IMG/VR virus record: IMGVR_UViG_3300020042_012255
Coordinates: 1 to 38,764 of that record
Length of the DNA: 38,764 nt
Reading direction: 5' to 3' (one strand)
Source: a virus
Taxonomy: Duplodnaviria; Caudoviricetes
Below the pieces are notes generated by a model. The model was not told the origin of the DNA. It saw only the letters and a list, made by a program, of their open reading frames with translations, and did no database searches. The position numbers and the translations under genes were made by a program. Shown here piece by piece: positions 33,683-38,764 of this stretch (positions are counted from its first letter, which is position 1; the number at the start of each line of letters is the position of its first letter).

Positions 33683-35305
33683 TTAGTTTATATATTCTGT
33701 AATTATTATAATTCCTGAAGCTCCTTCCCCACCCATCGCTCCTGTACTTCCGCAAGAATTTCCACCACCACCTCCACCACCGTACAAAAATCCGTTGCCA
33801 CCCGATTCATTTGTTGGGCTTCCTCCGACTCTCCCACGTCCTCCTGCTCCAAGAAAAGATGCTCCACCAGGACCTGAGCTAGAAATAACAAGTGAGATTG
33901 AAACTCCACCAACCCCAAATGAGAAGTTGCTGGTTCCTCCAGGAACGTGTAAATATCCACCGACACCTCCACTGCCACCTGCTACCCCTGGTTGACTTGA
34001 CGAAGACGCAGATGAGTCGCCAAAACCTCCGATTCCGCCCAATGTGGTCAATAAAATTCCAAACGTTGTATTTCCGCCTAATGATCCATTTCCACCAATA
34101 GAACCTGCACTTCCTCCAACTCCTATGGTTACAGTTTGCGAAGGACCTATTTGAGAATCTGTAAACAATCCCTCGGCATATTCTCCACCACCACCGCCCG
34201 AGCCAGCTGAATTGTTAGTTATAATTCCTAATTGCGATGCAGCTCCTCCACCTCCACCGCCTCCTGCTTGCGCTTGCACTTTACAATACGTCATTCCTGG
34301 CGTAGGAGTATAAGTACCAGAAGAAGTGAAAGTTTGAACATTTATTTGAAAAGGGGTTGTAGGTGAAAATTGCTGAAATATGATTGGGTCAGTGCCAATT
34401 GTTATAACATCTGCTGTTTGAAGCCAAATAGTTCTTGCAAATGTTGTTCCTTGCTGAACGGGAATTAAGTTTCCCTTTGCTATTGGAGGTACTGTGTTGT
34501 AATCCGTAGAGCGCGTAAGAATCCAATTTGTCGAAACACTTCCTATGTCAGTTACTACATATACTCCGTTCTGAAACTGTGTAGTCTGCGCTTGAACTAA
34601 AACTCTGTTACTTACAGACAGTGAAACTCCATCTATAACTAGAGCTGCTTGTGTTCCTGAATTAGTTAAAGTAGCTCCAACACCAGCAGCTCCATTGCTA
34701 TAGATTGCTGTTAAATTTACTGTTGTTGCAACAAGAGTTGCTTGTATGAATGTAAATCCAGCTGCTATTTGGTCTACATAGGCTTTATTAGCTCCATCCG
34801 TTGCGCTAACTGGAGCGTTAGTAATAGTAATTGTACTTACAGTGGGAGAATCTGTAGAAGAAATATCAGAAGTTCCGTTTCCCTGTAAAATCTGTCCTGC
34901 CGTAAATGTATTAGCTCCTGTTCCCCCGTTAGTTACGGGAACGATGCCAGTGATTGCAACCGTTTCTGTGTTTGTGCCTGCATTTCCGGCTACTGTAATT
35001 ACAGATCCATCACCAACCAAATTTATGTTTCCGTTTGTATCGGAGCCAACAATAACTGAATCATTACCGGTTACTGTCTCGATTGCAGGTCTTACATTTG
35101 ACAGATCTTGCCAAGTGGCTACTCCTCCAAATAAATTACCTAAAATAAAAAATTGAGCCGGATTCACTGTATAGTAAATCCATATATCACCTATTTCTGC
35201 ATTTATATCAGTGGGTAACGGAGCCCTATTATTTCGTATAACATTCGGTGGGTTTTTTGGTAATACACCTAAATAGCCTTGCGGATTTGAAGAAATTGAA
35301 GACAT
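33683..35305 (-). CDS. Tail fibre protein with C-terminal glycine-rich domain
   Basis: DGANKAYVD and RVLVQAQT..QNGVYVV fibre motifs; FTSSGTYTP...GGGGGGG domain. Confidence 0.8.
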   Translation of the reverse strand: MSSISSNPQGYLGVLPKNPPNVIRNNRAPLPTDINAEIGDIWIYYTVNPAQFFILGNLFGGVATWQDLSNVRPAIETVTGNDSVIVGSDTNGNINLVGDGSVITVAGNAGTNTETVAITGIVPVTNGGTGANTFTAGQILQGNGTSDISSTDSPTVSTITITNAPVSATDGANKAYVDQIAAGFTFIQATLVATTVNLTAIYSNGAAGVGATLTNSGTQAALVIDGVSLSVSNRVLVQAQTTQFQNGVYVVTDIGSVSTNWILTRSTDYNTVPPIAKGNLIPVQQGTTFARTIWLQTADVITIGTDPIIFQQFSPTTPFQINVQTFTSSGTYTPTPGMTYCKVQAQAGGGGGGGAASQLGIITNNSAGSGGGGGEYAEGLFTDSQIGPSQTVTIGVGGSAGSIGGNGSLGGNTTFGILLTTLGGIGGFGDSSASSSSQPGVAGGSGGVGGYLHVPGGTSNFSFGVGGVSISLVISSSGPGGASFLGAGGRGRVGGSPTNESGGNGFLYGGGGGGGNSCGSTGAMGGEGASGIIIITEYIN

Positions 35306-35318
35306 TTTTTCTCTTATT

Positions 35319-36488
35319 TTATGTTTGAATATATTCTGTTATCATGACAATTCCTGCGCTACCGGCTCCTCCTGATTGCGCTCCCCCTTGATACTGAGAT
35401 GCACCGCCTGATCCGCCAGCCCCATAACCTGTAGCAGTATTTCCATTTGCTCCAGAAACAGTGTTTCCATTGACTTCTTGTCCGCCAGCTCCATATATTC
35501 CGCTTGCTCCGACTCCGCTTATGCTTACTTGAAGTCCTGTTAACTTTATAGAAAATGAAGATCCCCCAGACGCTCCTTTAAAACGAAGAGATCCGCCTGA
35601 TCCGCCAGTGCCTCCGGCGCCACCTGTAACAACTGGATCTCCAACACCTGCTCCATTTCCACCCGTTGCGCCAACAGCTGTGATTATAGCGCCAAAAGAA
35701 GAAGTGCCACCATTGCCCCCAGGATTATTTCCTGCTGCACCTCCAGCTCCTGCTGTGCCAACAGTTATAACTTGAGAAGCTCCGATTGTAGCAGCTGATA
35801 CAAAACCTGAAGCATATTCACCGTACCCACCACCGCCCGATGCAGAGTTGTTGGGTATTCCCTGATTTGCTACTCCACCACCACCTCCTCCTCCTCCTAT
35901 AACTTCAACATATGCATAGGATAAACCAGTTGTAGGTGTATACGTTCCTGACGCGGAAAAAACCTGTTTATTTAAAGTAAGTCCTGAAGGCGAAACTCCC
36001 CACGGGTAATTATTTCCTGCTTCGTCCTGGTAAATAGGAACTGAAAGTCCTGTGATTCCGCTTACGGAAGAATAAATCTGTGCAGCAATTTGGCCTCCGC
36101 CAAAAACTGGCGGTGGATTTCCCGATAGTATAGAAATCCCATGCGAATGAAAAAACGTCTCTGATGTATTTTCAAATGATATTGATCCGATTGCAAAATT
36201 TGCATTGTACATAAGGATTTCTGAGTTATCTAAAACGTCTTTAGAAAGCGTTATTTGTGCGCTAGACCCAAATCCATTTGATGTAACCGAACCCAAAAAA
36301 ATAGAATTCCCAGACCCATCATCTAAAGTATTGTTAGTTGTATCTACAACACCTGTAAAAATAGGATTGCCTTGCACAGACACAATAGGATTTTCGGGGT
36401 CTGTGCTATCTACCGCAATGTTTGATCCAGCTACAATAGAATCAACCGTACCAACATTTGGATTAGACGTTACTTGATAATTTGACAT
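35319..36488 (-). CDS. Tail fibre protein (module C plus glycine-rich domain)
   Basis: N-terminus shared with 36837..38714; C-terminal domain homologous to that of 33683..35305. Confidence 0.8.
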   Translation of the reverse strand: MSNYQVTSNPNVGTVDSIVAGSNIAVDSTDPENPIVSVQGNPIFTGVVDTTNNTLDDGSGNSIFLGSVTSNGFGSSAQITLSKDVLDNSEILMYNANFAIGSISFENTSETFFHSHGISILSGNPPPVFGGGQIAAQIYSSVSGITGLSVPIYQDEAGNNYPWGVSPSGLTLNKQVFSASGTYTPTTGLSYAYVEVIGGGGGGGGVANQGIPNNSASGGGGYGEYASGFVSAATIGASQVITVGTAGAGGAAGNNPGGNGGTSSFGAIITAVGATGGNGAGVGDPVVTGGAGGTGGSGGSLRFKGASGGSSFSIKLTGLQVSISGVGASGIYGAGGQEVNGNTVSGANGNTATGYGAGGSGGASQYQGGAQSGGAGSAGIVMITEYIQT

Positions 36489-36515
36489 GAGTTCCTAAAT
36501 ACAATTTATAAAAAT
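36375..36515. repeat. Module C repeat including the upstream intergenic sequence (other copy about 38601-38742)
   Basis: MSNYQVTSN...VDSIVAG.NI.VD.TDPENPIVSV in both genes, plus the shared flank TTCCTAAATA...TTATAAAAATT. Confidence 0.85.
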
Positions 36516-36823
36516 TATATTTCTTTTTTATTTCTGTTTTCTAATTTTTCTCTTTGTGATCTGTCTTTGTATTCAGGATGAGAAAAAATAAGTTCGGCTA
36601 ATTTTTCATCGGAAGTAGGAATTAATTCATAATATTCTTCGAGCTTATCTTTCCAATCCTTTTTCAATCTTTCCATGCAGTTTTCATACTTATGCATCAG
36701 TATGTAATGTATTCTTCTTTTCATATCCTCTTCGAAAATCTCAGAAGGTATGTCATTTTTAATTACTTTCTTTTGGGTTTCTGAAAGTGTAAATAATTCT
36801 TTTCCGTCTACTTCTATTTTCAT
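36515..36823 (-). CDS. Hypothetical protein, possible fibre assembly chaperone
   Basis: 102 aa, charged and helical, directly after the long fibre gene; AAGGA SD. Confidence 0.65.
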   Translation of the reverse strand: MKIEVDGKELFTLSETQKKVIKNDIPSEIFEEDMKRRIHYILMHKYENCMERLKKDWKDKLEEYYELIPTSDEKLAELIFSHPEYKDRSQREKLENRNKKEI

Positions 36824-36836
36824 ATTTTCCTTCTTT

Positions 36837-38714
36837 TTAACATGCTAAATAACCGGTGAAAAAAGTTTGCATATTTAAATCTCCATATAAGTCATCTACT
36901 TTTCCTCCGCTGTCGGTGCTTTGAATTCTCACTGTACATACATCTCCTGCATCCATATCAACTAAAGCTGAAAGAGGATTACCGGATCTTGTAAATGAAG
37001 ATTGTGGAGTTGAATAAAAATAGTTTCTGTTGGATGTACCAAAACTTGTGTCAATGAGTGAAATATTAGTCCCCTGATAAAGAAGAGCACCGGCAGAAAA
37101 TTGATATCTTCCCGTAATCGGAGCTGTAAACACTCCAGTTGCGTTATTATAATTTCCTGCTTGGTCAAAAACTTCCGTATCAAAAATAATTGTAAAAAGG
37201 GTAAGGTCTCCGGTTACATTGTTAGAAACAAAACTTTTATAAGCGGAAAAAGCAGGCTGAAGAGGATAATTAAATTGTCCTGATGTATTAGCTCTCATTA
37301 CATTAGTAATACCAAGTGTGGTAGAAGCGCTTATTACAAGAGAATCAGAATCAGAGTTATCCACTCCTAAAGTCCAGTTCGTTACTCCTGTTACAGTAAA
37401 AGTTGCTACGGCATCTCCTGAGCTAGCACCACCCGTAGTAAGTTGCAATCTGGCATTAGATGCTGCGTTGGTATTATCAGTATTAGATACCGTTAAAACT
37501 CTTGCAGTACCAGCTGTTGTGCTTGTATAGGAAAAGTTATTAGCTACAGTAAGTCCAAGCGAAGGAACTCCAGTTCCGCTTGTAACCAGAACACTATTAT
37601 TAGCAGTAGCTAAACCAGCTACTGTGTTTGTAGCACTGGAATAGAGAAGTTGACTTACTGTCGTGGTTGCAGGATACGTTGCAGTTGACCAAGCAGGTGC
37701 TGTGGCATTTCCTGACAATAAAACTCTATTTGCAGCGGCTACCCCTGATAAAATAGCCATTGCACTTGATGTTGAATAAACAATTCCACCATTCGAAGCT
37801 GTCAAGTTTGCGTTTGTTCCCCCATAAACCAAAGGAATCAAAGAAGCATTCCAAGTTCCAGCTGTTATTACACCCGAGTTAGAGACCGTAAATTGAGAAG
37901 CAGAACCAGCGGATAAAGCTCCTATAAAATTAAATCCAAGAGCTGATCCACCTGTACCAAATGTAAGTGGTTGGCTGGGTGTCGAAGATAAAGAAATAGT
38001 TGCAGTATTTGTGCTTGCTCCAATTGCAAAACTAACCCCTCCAGCTCCTGCGTTACTTATGCTTAACGGAGTGAGCAAAGACCCAGAAGACCCTGAATGC
38101 GTCGCAACGGGAACCGACAAAGTAGTTGTCGATGGATTGTATGTCAAAGAGCTGTTTACGTTTATTCCTAAGTTTCCACTTGTTGCGCTCATAAACGCAG
38201 GGAAAAAGCTAGCATTCGTTGTTGTGGATGTTACTGTGCTAGTTGTAGACGTAGTAGCTGTCGTAGCATTAGAAGCTGTTCCTGTCAAGTTAGCTGTAAT
38301 AGTGCCTGCGCTAAAGTTTCCAGATCCATCTCTTTGAACTAGTGTGCTTGCTGTATTTGCGTTTGTGTACGCAAGACTTACTAAATTCTTGCTTCCGTTT
38401 GTTACTACAGCTTGTGATGCCGTAAGAGCTGTGATTGCTCCCAACTCAGTTATATTAGCTTGCACGGCTGATGGAAGTGTTGTACTTAAAGAAGGAACTC
38501 CCGATCCGTTAGTTACAAGCGTAGAATTATTAGCTATTGCAAGGGATGTAAGAGATCCAGATGCATTCCCTATTTGAATTGCGTTTTGTGTTGTTCCCGA
38601 CACGGAAACAATGGGATTTTCAGGGTCTGTGTTATCTACATTGATGTTTGCTCCAGCTACGATAGAATCAACCCCACCCGTATTTGAATTTGAAGTTACT
38701 TGATAATTAGACAT
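36837..38714 (-). CDS. Long tail fibre with C-terminal C1q/TNF-like domain
   Basis: T/S/A/G-rich shaft; QPAFSAY...FDTEVFDQAGNYNNATGVFTAPITGRYQF...MDAGD is C1q-like. Confidence 0.85.
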   Translation of the reverse strand: MSNYQVTSNSNTGGVDSIVAGANINVDNTDPENPIVSVSGTTQNAIQIGNASGSLTSLAIANNSTLVTNGSGVPSLSTTLPSAVQANITELGAITALTASQAVVTNGSKNLVSLAYTNANTASTLVQRDGSGNFSAGTITANLTGTASNATTATTSTTSTVTSTTTNASFFPAFMSATSGNLGINVNSSLTYNPSTTTLSVPVATHSGSSGSLLTPLSISNAGAGGVSFAIGASTNTATISLSSTPSQPLTFGTGGSALGFNFIGALSAGSASQFTVSNSGVITAGTWNASLIPLVYGGTNANLTASNGGIVYSTSSAMAILSGVAAANRVLLSGNATAPAWSTATYPATTTVSQLLYSSATNTVAGLATANNSVLVTSGTGVPSLGLTVANNFSYTSTTAGTARVLTVSNTDNTNAASNARLQLTTGGASSGDAVATFTVTGVTNWTLGVDNSDSDSLVISASTTLGITNVMRANTSGQFNYPLQPAFSAYKSFVSNNVTGDLTLFTIIFDTEVFDQAGNYNNATGVFTAPITGRYQFSAGALLYQGTNISLIDTSFGTSNRNYFYSTPQSSFTRSGNPLSALVDMDAGDVCTVRIQSTDSGGKVDDLYGDLNMQTFFTGYLAC

Positions 38715-38764
38715 TCTTTCCTAAATATAGCTTATAAAAATTTTATCTATATCCTGTGATATAA
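38644..38764. repeat. Terminal direct repeat, right copy
   Basis: Exact 121-nt match to 1-121. Confidence 0.95.

Noticed and set aside
870-38577. Many antisense or nested ORFs in virion genes (e.g. 870..1235, 9346..9699, 10722..10985, 34842..35156, 38011..38337)
   Set aside because: Shadow frames caused by codon bias in S/T/G/A-rich genes. They lack SDs and recognisable motifs, unlike 15598..15864.

Overview
The window is an apparently complete, circularly assembled, AT-rich tailed-phage genome. Positions 1-121 are identical to 38644-38764, giving a unit length of 38,643 bp. The virion module looks podovirus-like and lies on the minus strand: TerS, PBSX-type TerL, P22-like portal, scaffold, N4-gp56-like major capsid, adaptor, nozzle, putative ejection proteins and five tail fibre/spike genes that wrap across the contig ends. 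A mixed-strand early region carries small ORFs, ERF, a YqaJ-like exonuclease, RusA, an HTH replication initiator and SSB. I recognise no integrase, DNA polymerase, helicase or lysis genes. The most notable content is non-coding and absent from the ORF track. (1) A 256-nt ORF-less group I intron splits the major capsid gene, and splicing restores a 322-aa protein. (2) A type I hammerhead ribozyme sits between convergent transcription units. (3) Switch-like structured leaders precede the capsid and replication-initiator genes. (4) A tRNA-like remnant precedes the portal gene. Also notable are an antisense RNA polymerase alpha-CTD-like gene inside the head operon, a 57-aa protein with a QLDLF clamp-binding motif, twin operator/promoters, and a chain of modules shared between tail fibre genes. 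All family assignments come from motif recognition by eye, not from database searches.
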